Origin: Felis catus
Lineage: Eukaryota
DNA: 64,000 bases
Direction of reading: 5' to 3'
Assembly (NCBI RefSeq): GCF_018350175.1
Contig: NC_058368.1
Coordinates: forward strand, 239,198,001 to 239,262,000
In this document: positions 41,829-53,890 of the stretch, one piece after another
Layout of the letters: each line of letters starts with the position of its first letter
Position numbering within the stretch: the first letter of the stretch is position 1
Notes under the pieces: model-generated
What the model was told of the DNA's origin: nothing
Database searches by the model: none
What the model saw: only the letters and a program-made list of their open reading frames with translations
Made by a program: the position numbers and the translations under genes

Positions 41829-44800
41829 CAAAACAAAACCAAAAACAGGACCACACAATCCAGAAACACAGATGAGAGACACTTCTTCCTTAATTACATC
41901 TTGGGTGTGCTAAAGGCACAAGTTTATCCAGTGAAAGTGAGACACACAAATCCCCACAAGCGATTCGTTGTAGGTGGATGTACGAGGATTGATGGAAATA
42001 GTGCTTTGGTGCACGTGCAGTTTTGCATAACTTGTTAAAGTATGAAATGCTAATGAGGAACAGCACATTCATTGAACATTTGTTGGAATATGAGTAAACT
42101 ATTTATTATGTATATTTGTCTATGTTTCCAGATTTTATGGCCACCTGAACAATTTTAATTCAGAAAACTGAAGAATAATCACATATTAAATCCTATAAAA
42201 ATAATCAACATGAAAAGGACATATTATACTACTGTAAAGCATCTTTTATATAGTTTTTCCTAATCGATCCCATTTTTGTTCTGATCATTAAACTTACCTG
42301 CTTAAGTTGAACTGTAAAAAAGTAAAATAGTAACAGTGAGATTCCCTAAGTATTTATTTCTTCTTTCTAGGATGTTCACGTTAAATAAAGATAGACACAC
42401 ACGGCCATCTCAAACACTGGCAGCTGTTAAAATGAAATCGTTAACAAATTATCATACTATCTCCCTGTGGAAAATAGAATACTAGCTTTTTATCTAAATT
42501 GGATTTGAGGAGCAATTTTAGAATCTGGAGAGCCCAAAATTAACCCAATTTGTCTATAAATAAAACTATTTAACATTTTTTGAAGTAAAACTATCAAACA
42601 TTTTCCAACAGGGAAACGTAAAGAAGCGTGAGGAAATCTGCCTTGGAGGCAGAATTAAAAGAAACAGAGCTTTTAATGACATGAAAGCACAAGTGAATGA
42701 CTTAAATGGTAAAAGGGAGAAAACTGAAGAGAAGGGCAGAGATACTGAAACCCTTAATCTAGCGAAGTACAGGTCCCCATCTGATAGCGTTCACCTATGA
42801 ATTGCAGACAAGAAACTATTTGTAAGTACAATCTGTATAATAAGAAAAGCAGCCCATAAAGGCTCTGAAAGTGCCTTGGAAGGCCATGGGAAGAACTGAG
42901 GATGGGGGAAGATGGTTTAAGCGAACTGAGTCCTCATTCAGAGCCACAAGTCAAAGTCCAAAATGGATGAACATAAGCCTGCACATTAGCTAGAGACATG
43001 GAGGTAAACACCAGCGGCCAATAACAGAAACAATTCAGAAGTGATTTCACTGGGGAACAGGTCTGAGGTTAGGAGAGGGTCTCAATCCTTTTCATTTATA
43101 AAGCCTCTGTATTCCTTGACTTTTTTTTTTATAACTATGTGTAATTATTTTCACTAGAAGTTTAAAGGTTTTTAAAACAGGGATGCTTAGAATACAATTC
43201 ACAAGATTATCGAGCACAGGCTGTAGGTGTAGGTCCTGGCTAGAATGATCACCACACCAGGGCGTCACAGGCTACCTCCCAGAACCCTCATGAAAGAGAA
43301 ATGGAGTCTATCCAGGGACTGAACTCTGGTCTGCCTGGCTGGCACCAGATTCAGTACATTCCCCCTAGGTAAGGAGCCTTAGGAAAAATCTCTGGGACTC
43401 CAAAATAAGATGCATATCCAGGTTACATATCAAAACCAAGCCACAATTTTTCCAGTGAACCAGGAAAAACATCCCACAGAATGCAGAAATGAATGCCACA
43501 GCGGTATAATTACCCCAAAAAGGAAAACAAAAAAGGTTACCACAATGGCCTAAATAATGTAATTCTAGATACATCATTAAACCAAATTCAAAACAATACA
43601 TTCAAAGAAAAGAAACTGACTTACTCTAGAACAGTACTTTGGATATCCATCCATTTGAAAAATCTCATCTGAAGCAATTAACCAGCAACTATTTAAGGAC
43701 CTTGCTTTTACTTTTCCTTTCAATACACCAGAACAGTCTGCAAATTATGTCAGTGCATTAAGATAACTAAAAATGAAACCAACGCAAAATAGGTTTGATG
43801 ATTTTGCAACTTGAAAGCAGCTGTAAATATAAACTGCCTTGGAAACACCAGAGAATTGAACAAAATGAAATCAAGAAAAATTCTCTGTGGATTTTATTCA
43901 AATTACCCTCATCATCTACTCTCCGTGCACATTTCTCAGTTGGTGATCATACATTTCGTTGTTGTTGTTCTAAGTTGATGCTTTTGTTTTTGCCAATCTT
44001 AAATTCCACTACATATATTGCTTGGGGCAGAATTAATTTCCACAGGAAAAGCTATCTTCATCAAGGTAAAAAGAAGGGTAAATGCTGGCAGCTAATAGTT
44101 GATTCAACCAAGATAACTTCCAATCAAGCCAACACAAAAGTACAGGTTTACACACTCTGACCAGTGGTGCTCAGAATCTTATTCTCACTTGCTAGAATTC
44201 TCAGAGCTAGAATTCTAGTCCAGTTTACATAAAGGACAACAAGGTCATAAACAAAGGGCAGGCAGGGGGTCAAGGGAGTTCCACAGACTGGAGGGGTCTT
44301 AGTCTGCACAAGAACGCTGGGGTGACCGAGGACACACATGTTTAGCTCTTCTCCCAGCACCACCAGTTACTGGTCACTGCACTTAACAAGCAGGAGGCAC
44401 TAAGAAGTCTGCTCACGTTTGCCGAAGAGTACCCCACTGCCCATCCAGCTTGTGGACTTAGAGCCCAAGATGGGTGGGGCGTGGAGAGTGGGGACCTCTG
44501 CTCAGGAAGCATCAACCACAGCAGCACGAGAAAGCATTGAAAACGTTCTCTGGCATTGGCAGGATGGCAGAGTTAACCTTCTCACATTTAACTTAATTTT
44601 TAGTATCTGTATTTCAAAATGGAGAAAATTGCAGGTATAATTACAGGCATAACTCCAGTCAATACTGTTGAATGCCTCGGTTCCCACTGGGATTTTCACT
44701 CTGTAATTACATTACTAAGTAGGTGGGCAGGCGGATCATATAAAAGAACCCAAACAACAACCCCTCCAAGTTTAGTGTGCTGAAATAAAACCTGAAAAGG

Positions 44801-45665
44801 TAGATCCTGAAGACGTAACTGTAAGGAGTACATGTGACACAATCCGGTAAGTAAGGGCTCCAGAGGCACAACCCTGACGGTCATCCACGACTGACCGGAG
44901 TCCGGGCAGACAACGCACGGGAAATCAGACTTCCCGGCGCCGTCGCCCGAACGTGGTCTGCGGTCAGCGCTGACGTTCTTCGCCTGGTTTTCTAATGTGC
45001 GCAAAAGGCCACCATACAAAACCCAAAATGAAGGTGCAAAAGTTGCCAGATCCCGGTGTGAAACACGGGTCTTCGCTTTCCCCGAAGAAGCGCGGTTTTG
45101 CAAACAGTTGCCAGGCAAGCGCCAGCGCCGGTGTCAGACGTGCCTCCCACCTACCCTGCCTAGGAAGGGAGGGCCGAGCCCGGCCGGGTCCTCGGGGCTG
45201 CTGGCACCCGACGGACCGTCCCCAGGGCGATCGGCACAGCGCCCGGCCGGCGCGCGCCTGCGGTTGCCGGCCCGCCTCCGCCGGAGATCTAAGGGCGCTT
45301 TTGGATTCAGAGGCCCGGGGCACCCACGGGCCGCCACCTGTCAGGGTGACCTCGGGCAAACACGCCTCCCCACGCGCCGAAGGCTGGGGCGGGGGCGACC
45401 TTAGTACTCTGGGGAAGGGTCCCCGGGGACGGCAAGCGGGGTCATGACCTTCACCGGGACGCGACTCGCTGGCTTCAGAAGGAGTCCCGCGGCCCTCCGG
45501 GTCGGCCCCACCCCTTCGGGCGGCCTCCTCACCGCATCCTCCCCCAGACCCTCGCGACCCCGTCCCGGTCCGGCGCCGGGGGGACTCGGCGTCCGCTCCG
45601 CCCCGTGGGAAGTCCTGCCCCTCCTCGGCTCCCCGCGCCCTGCCCGCCCCACGGCGCCGACTCAC

Positions 45666-45728
45666 CGCCCTAGTCAGTGCCAGGCGCCGGGCGCCCAGCA
45701 GCCGCGACACCACCCGGACCCCCGACAT
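45666..45728 (-). CDS. SDHA: SDHA exon 1 coding part (63 nt; mitochondrial targeting peptide)
   Basis: MSGVRVVSRLLGARRLALTRA, Arg-rich with no acidic residues, donor gtgagt. Confidence 0.96.
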
Positions 45729-45874
45729 GTCTGCCTTACACGGTGCTGTCCCACCAACCCCCGCGCCAGACCGCGCCTGCGCACCTAGTAGCGCCCAGGC
45801 CCGGACGAGGGGACACCGCGCCTGCGCACCACGCCGCGACCCCGGGGCGTGAGGGGGTTTCGCGCCTGCGCACA

Positions 45875-45927
45875 GGATCAGACAGTGGCGCTAAACGGAC
45901 CCGGGGCCCGGCGCTCCCCGCCCGGGG
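45875..45927 (+). other. CCDC127: Candidate non-coding exon 1 of CCDC127 (start approximate)
   Basis: Donor-like GGG|GTAGGT at 45928 just past the NRF-1 cluster. Exon 2 has an acceptor 10 nt before its ATG, so an upstream exon is needed. An alternative donor is TGG|GTGAGG at about 45995. Confidence 0.5.
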
Positions 45928-45989
45928 GTAGGTCGGAGGGCCTGGCCGTGATCGAAGCGGGACCAGGCCCTGGGCTGCATTTGGGAAAG

Positions 45990-46330
45990 GCTGGGTGAGG
46001 TCGGGGGTTCCGGGAGTAGGTTGCGGTTCCGGGGGTAGGCCGGGGGCCTGAGGGGAGATCGGGGATTCCGGGGGTAGGCCGGGGGCCTGAGAGGAGGTCT
46101 GGGATTCCGGGGGTAGGCCGGGGGCCTGAGGGGAGTTCGGGGTTGCTGGGGTAGATTGAGGTTCCAGGATTAGGACGGGGGCCTGAGGGGAGGTCAGGGG
46201 GGCCGGGAGTAGGTTGGGGATCAGGGGTGTCGGGTGTTCCGGAGGTAGCTCCGGAGGGTGGCCAGGGGTAGATTGCGGATCAGGGGTTCCGGGGGGCAGG
46301 TCAGGAGGGCGGGGGTGGCGCTGGGGTCGG
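45990..46330. repeat. 39-bp G-rich minisatellite at the start of CCDC127 intron 1
   Basis: TTCCGGGGGTAGGCCGGGGGCCTGA is exact at 46027, 46066 and 46105 (period 39), with degenerate flanking copies. Confidence 0.9.
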
Positions 46331-47690
46331 AGTAAGTCAGGGCGCCAGGCTGTGTTCAGGGATTCCGGAGATGGTGTTCCCGGGCGCGGTCGACTCGGGG
46401 CGGGGGGCTCCAGCGGTGGAGAGGGCAGCTCCCGAGGTTTAAGTGTCTTCGCCAAGTCGCCTGATTTCGCTTCAGATTTAGGAAGTGTTTTTAATTTTCG
46501 TGTGTGTTTATGTAAGTTACCTGAAATCTTTTGTGGAAGGAAGTGGCATGGGAAATCAATAGTTTTAGTCGTTTAGTCGTTATCCTGCTTTTCGTTTTGT
46601 ATTATTAGGATCTTTTTCGTGCACAATTTTGTGCAATATAATTTCGGATTATTTTACTGAGTAAGTTTACAATGATCCATTTCCATTTTATTGACACTTA
46701 GGTTGTTTCCAAGTCTTTGCTAGTACTAAATAAGACCGTAAAGAATACAATTGTGTATAACCGTTTGTCTTTATTCAGGATTCGGCTGCTTTTATTAGGA
46801 TTGTATGTTTCCTCAGGCCCTATGCGCCCCCCCTCCCCCAAGTGGACTTTACTGGCTTGAAGGAAATGAACACTGTCCTTCCCAGCCCTACTTTGAGAGT
46901 TTTGCAGTTTAGTACTTTCAGATAACTAGTTTTTTATTGTATAGTTACCACAAACTCCTTAACATAATTTTTTTGGCATTTCTTTATTGCCAGTTAGAAT
47001 TCTTTATTTTTAGATGTTAAGTATTTATTGAAAACCCCATTAAAATCTTTCGAAATTGAATTAGATTCCTTTTTTCCTATGTTTGCTTTATTTCTTTTGT
47101 AATCAGTGTGTATTATTTGTGGCCATCACATAGAGAGAAGCTGAAGGTCTCATTGCTCTATTTTGTGAAAATGCCCAACCTCCTGTGGATACTTAGTAAA
47201 TTGGTACATTTCATACTAACATCCGACCCCAGGCTAGTTACTGAGACACAGCATGAGCTCTAAGCAGAAGCGTCTAATTGTGGTGTTTGTGGGGAGGCAG
47301 GAGAGCCTTCCTAGCCTGTTCCCATTTCCCCAACACACCGCTGACTGGACCTCTCAATGTCATTCATTTCCTGAAGCAGCCAGTGTTTTCACACCTTCCT
47401 ATTGATACGTCTTTGTGTACAACCGTACTCTAAAGCTTGTTTATGTTAGAGACCTTATCTCTTTCTCCTTCTACTTCACTTATTTGAGGCGTGTCTTTGC
47501 CCCCACTATATCCTGGGGAGTTGCTATTGTCTGAGGCCTTGTTTTTTCTTCTTTTAATCCTGTAAGACTCAGTGCTATGTGGCTGGCTCATAGGTAGAAT
47601 TGAGCCAAGAGGATGACACGATTGTGCCAGATGTATTTTATTCCTTTCATGTGATTAACGATTTTATTATTTACTTCAAGGTATATCTCC

Positions 47691-47811
47691 ATGAATAATT
47701 TAAATGACCCTCCAAATTGGAATATCCGGCCTAATTCCAGGGCTGATGGGGGTGATGGAAGCAGATGGAATTATGCCTTGTTGGTTCCAATGCTGGGATT
47801 GGCTGCTTTTC
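47691..47811 (+). CDS. CCDC127: CCDC127 first coding exon (121 nt CDS; exon starts at 47681)
   Basis: MNNLNDPPNWNIRPNSRADGGDGSRWNYALLVPMLGLAAF(R), acceptor ttcaag, donor gtaagt. Confidence 0.93.
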
Positions 47812-47854
47812 GTAAGTCGTGGTTTTCCTAACGTTTGCATTTTGGGGACTGAAA

Positions 47855-48080
47855 GTGTGGAGCCCAAAGACTTTGGCCTTTGGGCACGGACAGATGCCAG
47901 TGTACATTCTAGTGTTATCCATACAGTGAGTCTTAAGCAAATTACTTAACCCCCTGAGCCTTGGTTTCCCTACCCATTGAAGCTAGCTAATCATAATTAC
48001 CTCGATGCGTTGTGAAGGCTAAATAAAACAAGATATTCAGAAGCATTGTGTGTGGGGTGAGTTTTAGTAACTGTTAGCTC
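47855..48080 (+). mobile_element. MIR
   Basis: Core gcaaattacttaaccccctgagccttggtttccc...ttgtgaaggctaaat. Confidence 0.7.
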
Positions 48081-48436
48081 CCATTTCAGACTTCACTGCT
48101 CTGAGGGGGGCTCTCTTGCTTCAGTTGCCCTCATAAGGACTGACAGGGAAGAATAAATAAAACAGGCATAAAAGAAAACCTTTTTGGTTGTCTTTAGAAA
48201 ATCAGCCTTTGGGAGACTTTATTCATTAAACCTCTGCTCAGCCTTGGCCAGATTCTTTCTAGTTTGAACTGACTTTGTACCACTTTGGGGAAATGACCAA
48301 TTGCCAGTTATAAGTATTCCAGCCCTTAGCTTTTATTTTCCACTACAGTGATACATTTCCCGATGTTCAGGAATTGATTTTATATTTTGTCATATCCCAC
48401 AGTTCTGGGTTGGCAGTTAAGAATATGAGAAACTGA

Positions 48437-48657
48437 GGGGCACCTGGGTGGCTCAGTTGGTTAAGCATCCGACTTCGGCTCAGGTCATGATCTCACGACT
48501 CGTGAGTTTGAGCCCTGCATCCGGCTCTGTGCTGACAGCTCAGAGCCTGGAGCCTGCTTCAGATTCTGTGCCTCCCTCTCTCTCTGCCCCTCCCCTGCTT
48601 GCACTCTCTGTCTCCCAAAAATAAATAAATGTTTAAAAAAATTTTTTTAATTAAAAG
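48437..48657 (+). mobile_element. CAN-SINE
   Basis: TSD agaatatgagaaactga on both sides. Confidence 0.93.
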
Positions 48658-49410
48658 AGAATATGAGAAACTGAATAATTGAATGGAAGAAAAGTCCAAG
48701 GTGCCCTCTATTAGCAGTGATACTTTTTACGGAGTGTCTTTTTATGTGCCTGGATTTCTCAGGTCGAAGGGCTTACCATAGAGGAAGTGAAGGGTGAGGA
48801 GAGTAGCATTATCAGTTGTTCACTTATCACCTGTAATGTTGACTGTGCCAGGAGGCTAATTAACACCCATATTTGGCATTATAATTTCTAAACTATGTAA
48901 TAATATGTTACTGGAGAATCTTTATAAGAATGCCAAGTTAAAAGTTCTCTCATATCATGTTACCTAAATAAGACAACCAAGAAGAAAAGGCACAGTATTC
49001 CATGAACCTTGTCAGGGACAAAAAGCAACATTTCAAAAGTCCGAGAAGGCGAGAACCTCAAAAGTAAAAGTTGTTATGAAAAACTATAAAAGCTAACGAG
49101 TCTGGAAAACAAAGGGAACATGAGAGTCCCTCCAGGGCCTGTCCCAGCCTCAAAACTAATTAATCGTAGTTAGTCAGTGTAAGGTTAAGCCTTCCAATTC
49201 ACTCACCCTAGCCACAGGCAACAGGTAGCGTTAGGAGTGCTTTGCAAGATGGCAGGCTTCTAAGTGGCAACACCCTTAGGGTTGGGTTTGGGTCTGCCCA
49301 GGCTCTGACCTAGAAGCTGGCACTGTGGAGAACACTGAATCATAAAAAGCATTTGCTCTTGTCAGCCTCCCTGAGAATCAACGGTTAGTTTTTTTAGAAA
49401 ATGCCAAAAT

Positions 49411-49636
49411 GGGGGCACGTGTCTGGCTCATTCGGTCGGGTGTCCGACTTCAGCCCAGGTCATGATCTCGCGGTTTGTGGGTTCGAGCCCTGCATCGGGC
49501 TCGGTGTGGACAACTCAGAGCCTGCAGCCTGCTTTGGATTCCGTGTCCCTCTCTCTCTACCCCTCCCCCACTTGCATTCTGTCTCTCTGTCTCTCTCAAA
49601 AATAAGTAAACATTAAAAAACTTTTTTAATAAAAAA
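49411..49636 (+). mobile_element. CAN-SINE inserted at the edge of an old L1
   Basis: TSD aaaatgccaaaatg. Confidence 0.92.
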
Positions 49637-49639
49637 AAA

Positions 49640-50620
49640 ATGCCAAAATGTTTTCCGAAGTGGCTGTACCATTTTGCATCCTCAGCAGCAGTGTGTGAGT
49701 GATCCAGTTTCTTGGCATCCTCCACAGCATTTGAGGAGGTCACCGTTGTTTTTATTTTACGCCCATTGTGGCTTTAATTTGCATTTCCCTAATGGCTGAT
49801 AACGTTGCCTCTTCCATGAAGTGTCTGTTCCAGTCTTACAGTGATTTTCTAGTTGTGTTGTGTTTTCGTGTTGAGTTTTGAGAGTTTTTACTATATTCTA
49901 GATTCTCCTACTTGGCTAGGTATCTGGTTTGCCAGTATCTTCTTCCACTTTGTAACTTGTCTTTTCGTTCTTTTAACGGAGGCTTTCACAGAGCAAAAGT
50001 TTTAATTTTGATGGCGTCCGGTGTGTCACTTTTTCTTTCATGGGTCATGCTTTTCCTCCTGAGAGCTCTTCACCTATCCGTAGATCCTGAAGATTCTTGT
50101 TTCTTGATAGTTTAGTCTTAATGTTTTACACGTAAATCCACGATCCATTTTGAGTTAATTTTTTTTTTATGAGTATAAGGTATGAGACTTAATGTTTTCT
50201 TTCTTCCTTTCCAATCTGTTTGTCTTTTATTTCCTTTTCCTCTTTTTTCTTGCACTGGCTAACGTTTACAGGCCTCCCTTGAGAAGTTCCTATCTTAGAG
50301 GAAGAGCGTCCAGTGTGTACCGTTAAGTGCAATGTTAGCTGTGGGTCTTCACAGGTGTTCCTTGTCAAGGCGAGGAAAGTCCTCTCTGTTTTTATGTTTC
50401 TTTCTGTGTTTTTATCATGAATGGGTGTTCAGTTTTGTCAAATGTTTTTCTGTAGCAATTGATAGGATCATGTGATTTTCTTCGTTAGACTACTCATGTC
50501 GGATTACACTGATGGGTTTTTGAATATTGAAGCCTCTTACATTTTAGGAATAATCTCCACTTGGTCACGCCATGTAATCCTTCTCACACATTGTAGAATT
50601 ACATTTGTTAGTATTTTATG
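49640..50620 (-). mobile_element. Old L1 ORF2 fragments
   Basis: gtggctgtaccattttgcat..., ttaatttgcatttccctaatggctga, gatccattttgagttaatttt, aatgttagctgtggg. Confidence 0.8.
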
Positions 50621-50967
50621 TCTGTGTTCATCTGCATTTTATTATTTTAGCCATTTGTCGGGGTTCTCCCTTCTCCACACTTTTTTTTCCTGTGTTTTTT
50701 TATTTCATTTATTGTGTTTTTCAGTTTTAAAATTTTCATTTGGGTTTTTTTTTTTTTTTTATATATATATCTTCTATTTCTTTGCTTAGGCTGTATATTA
50801 TCATGCCTGCGTTAAACTCTTTGTCAGGTAATCCTAACGTCTCTGTCATCTCGGTATTGGCATCTACCAATACTCTTTTTAAATTCAGTTTGAGATATTT
50901 CCGATTTGGGGTATGGAGAGTGATTTTTTTTTGTTTTTAAACTGCTCAGTGGGGAAGAGGATGCTAT

Positions 50968-51165
50968 TCTTTTTTTTTTTTTTTTTAATGTTTATTTATT
51001 TATTTTGAGAGAGTGTGAGTGGAGGAGGGAGAGAGAATGCCAAGTAGGCTCTGCACTTACAACACAGAACCTGACCTGGTGCTCAGTCTCACAAACCATG
51101 ATATCATGACCTGAGGTGAACTCAAGAGTCGGACGCTTAACAGACTGAGCCACCCAAGCACCCCT
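50968..51165 (-). mobile_element. CAN-SINE
   Basis: Consensus match with a long T tract. Confidence 0.88.
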
Positions 51166-51843
51166 GAAAAGTGATTTTCAATTGAAACCTGTGCATTTTG
51201 GCTGTTAGGAGCCTGACCCTTTATTTGGACATTTTGTGGCAGGCTTCTTGGACAGGCCTCCGGCAGGGGAAGGGTGGTGCTGCCGCCTCGCTCTCCGCTA
51301 TGGATGCAAGTCTGGGCTCTCCACTCAGCCGCTGGTCCACAGACACAGAAAGGAAGGATCCCCTCATTATCACTGGGCAGGAGGTACAGCTCCCCCAGGT
51401 CTCCACCGATGCTCCCTGGCTGGGAGAGGTGGGAAGGTCTTGTTACTCCCCATTCTCTGGGGACATGGCACCTCTGACACCATCCCCCTGAGTGGGAGGG
51501 GCACCCATCAGCCTCCACTCCAGCGAGTGAGGTGGGGATGGAGCCACAGCGACTGTGCTGTTTGGTGGGAGTAGAGTGGTTATTGTCCAAGCTCTCTGTC
51601 TTGCTAGGCCACCTTCCTAGTCCTTTGGCCAGAGAGAGCAGACTTTTGCCGGGGCTTTTTAAAAGAATGTCTTCACCGTTGCCATTTCACCTCCAAGTCT
51701 GGGATGTGTGAGGCAAATGAAACTCCGGGGGACTCACCATCACGGTGTTCCTTGGGTGCCAAGGTCCCTGGCCAGTCTGCCTGCGGTTCTCTACCTTCAA
51801 GAGTCTTCTTACGTTTGTTGTATGTACGATGGCCAGGGTTTCT

Positions 51844-53496
51844 TCTTTTTCTTTTCTTTTTTTTTTTAACAGAACTAAACTGAAATTTATTAATATTTCA
51901 CTCTTAACATTTCTTATCAACAAACAAATGAAATTCATGAGCCAAAAACCCAAAATAAAACCAAAAAGAGAGAAAAGCATATAAAACTAAATCTTGATCC
52001 CAGCGTTAACAGTTGAACAGAGAATGTGATATTTAAATTCTCAGCAGATGATAGAGCCTGGGTGGCTCAGTCGGGAGTCCAACTTCAGCTCAGGTCATGG
52101 TTTAGTGGTTCATGGGTTCGGGCCTCATGTCAGGCTCTGTGCTGACAGCTCAGAGCCTGGAGCCTGCTTTGGATTCTGTGTCTCCCTTGCTCTGTGCACC
52201 TCCCCCACTCTTCTCCCTCTCTTTCTCTCTCCCTCAAAAATGAATAAACATTAAAAAATAATAATAAGTAAATTCTTAGCGGATTTTAAAGTTGTGTAGA
52301 AACTAAAGACTTACAAATTATTTGAAACCTAGAATCACTGACCAGACGTTACCCAGTTGGATCACGGGAAAACAGCAGAAAGGGGTCACGAGTGAACCTA
52401 CACTGTTCTAGCTGCACCCCATGCTCTTCTCAGAGGAAAGCCTGGCATTGATTAGATAGTGGGCCAGGCTAATAACTGGCAGCAGAACCAGTGCTAGTAA
52501 TCTGCTTAGCAGAAGAGCCTTCCACTGGATTGGCAATTTTGATCTGGGCCCCGGGCCTCTGGCAGATCTCATTAATGCTGGCGCCTTGGCACCTGATTAT
52601 GCAGCCAGTTATTTGGAATGGTGAGTTCATGGGCAGTTTGAATAGATGCATCCAAACTTGCCCAATAGCCTTTCACCTCTGGAGAGCTGGAGTGAATTCT
52701 GGCAAATCCAGTCCCGCCGTGCATCATGGCAAAGTGAGACTACCGTCTTGCCACCTGGTTCGGCTTGGCCAGATCAAGCGGAGAAATGGCGTGTTGTCCT
52801 TGAGTTGAGTATGCATCTGGAGGTGGAACCTCCAGGTCATGGGTGGCATGGGGGTAGCCCACAGAGTCGCTGCACCGATCTTAGCTGTCCACACAGATGA
52901 CTGGAGAGCCGGCTGGCATGGGCTGGTACAGAGTGGTGATGACTCTGCCTTGGACAGACGGGGAGAGTGTCTCCAGCATCACCAGGCACATCTACTTGAC
53001 ACACTTGGTGACAGGCTGCAGCACACCAGTGATGGTAATGGCACGCTCGGTGGTTTTGGGCAGCATACCCCTCGCCACCTGGACCTGGGGCCCCCAGGGT
53101 GTCTGTCTTATATCTGCCTTTTCCAGTCGGGGAGCCACACTGGGTAGCTGGCACCACCAGCCTCAGGGTAACTGGGGGCCTACTGGCCACTATGCTGTTG
53201 GTCATGGAGCTGTTAATATCTTCTTTCAGCATGTCAATGATCATAGCAAAGGCCTTACAGATGACATTGGTGGGGCCGGGTGGAGTAATGATTCTGTCTG
53301 GACAATTCTCCCAGGTGTCGATCTGATGTTCATACGCCACTCTCCTCGTGGATCCTCTTAACCAACTCCCCTTTCTTCCCAACGATGCTTCCTATTTCCT
53401 TTCCATGCGTAGCAGCCAAATGGTGAGAGTCACATTTAGTTCACTTTTAATCACACTGGCGTCCAAGGGGAGCAGCGGGTGGTGTTCAGGGGAGTT
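51844..53496 (-). pseudogene. PCBP1: Processed pseudogene of PCBP1, antisense in CCDC127 intron 2 (CDS remnant 52408-53466)
   Basis: Frameshifted KH-domain fragments LDASVIKSELNVTLTI, KAFAMIIDMLKEDINSSMTNS..RPPVTLRLVVPATQCGS, GAQIKIANPVEGSS and ..GCS*. DINSS and ATQCG are PCBP1-type rather than PCBP2-type. AATAAA at 51891-51886, poly(A) at 51844-51867, TSD ccagggtttct (51833) / cccgggtttct (53497). Confidence 0.92.
52050..52268 (+). mobile_element. CAN-SINE inserted in the 3'UTR of the PCBP1 pseudogene
   Basis: TSD taaattctcagcagat (52034) / taaattcttagcggat (52269). Confidence 0.9.
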
Positions 53497-53677
53497 CCCG
53501 GGTTTCTGACAATACTTAGGAGGAAGAATAGGAAAGAGTACTTCTATTTCTTTAAGCAGGATCCCCAACTTTCTTCTCTGCTTTCTGAAACTGGGACTGC
53601 AAACAGTTTTGTCTAGCCAGAGTCCTAAGGCAGAGTTCTCCAAGATCAGACCCAGACTGAAGGTTTCTTGGACTTCC

Positions 53678-53890
53678 AGGGCGCCTGGGTGGCTCTGTTG
53701 GTTAACCACCCAACTCTGGTTTCAGTTCAGGTAATGATCTCACGGTTTGGGGGTTTGAGCCCCATATTGGGCTCTGGCTTACAGCATGGAGCCAGCTTGG
53801 GATTCTCTCTTTCCCCCTGTCTCTGCACCTTTCCTGCTCACTCACTCTCTCTAAATAAATATTTAAAAACAAAAACGTTAAAAAAAAAAG
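53678..53890 (+). mobile_element. CAN-SINE
   Basis: Consensus match, flanked by tttct..gacttcca repeats. Confidence 0.9.

Larger units (their letters stand above)
44860..46460. promoter_or_regulatory. Bidirectional CpG-island promoter for SDHA and CCDC127
   Basis: CpG-rich with head-to-head genes. Three NRF-1-type CGCGCCTGCGCAC motifs at 45772, 45817 and 45861. Confidence 0.9.

Noticed and set aside
44964..45728. 254-aa ORF starting at the SDHA ATG
   Set aside because: This is exon 1 reading on into a GC-rich intron. There is a strong donor at 45665 and the rest is low-complexity R/G/P sequence.
45736..46455. 239-aa Pro-rich ORF with PQAPGLPPE repeats upstream of SDHA
   Set aside because: It is the translation of the 39-bp (13-codon) minisatellite, has no ATG start and crosses the promoter.
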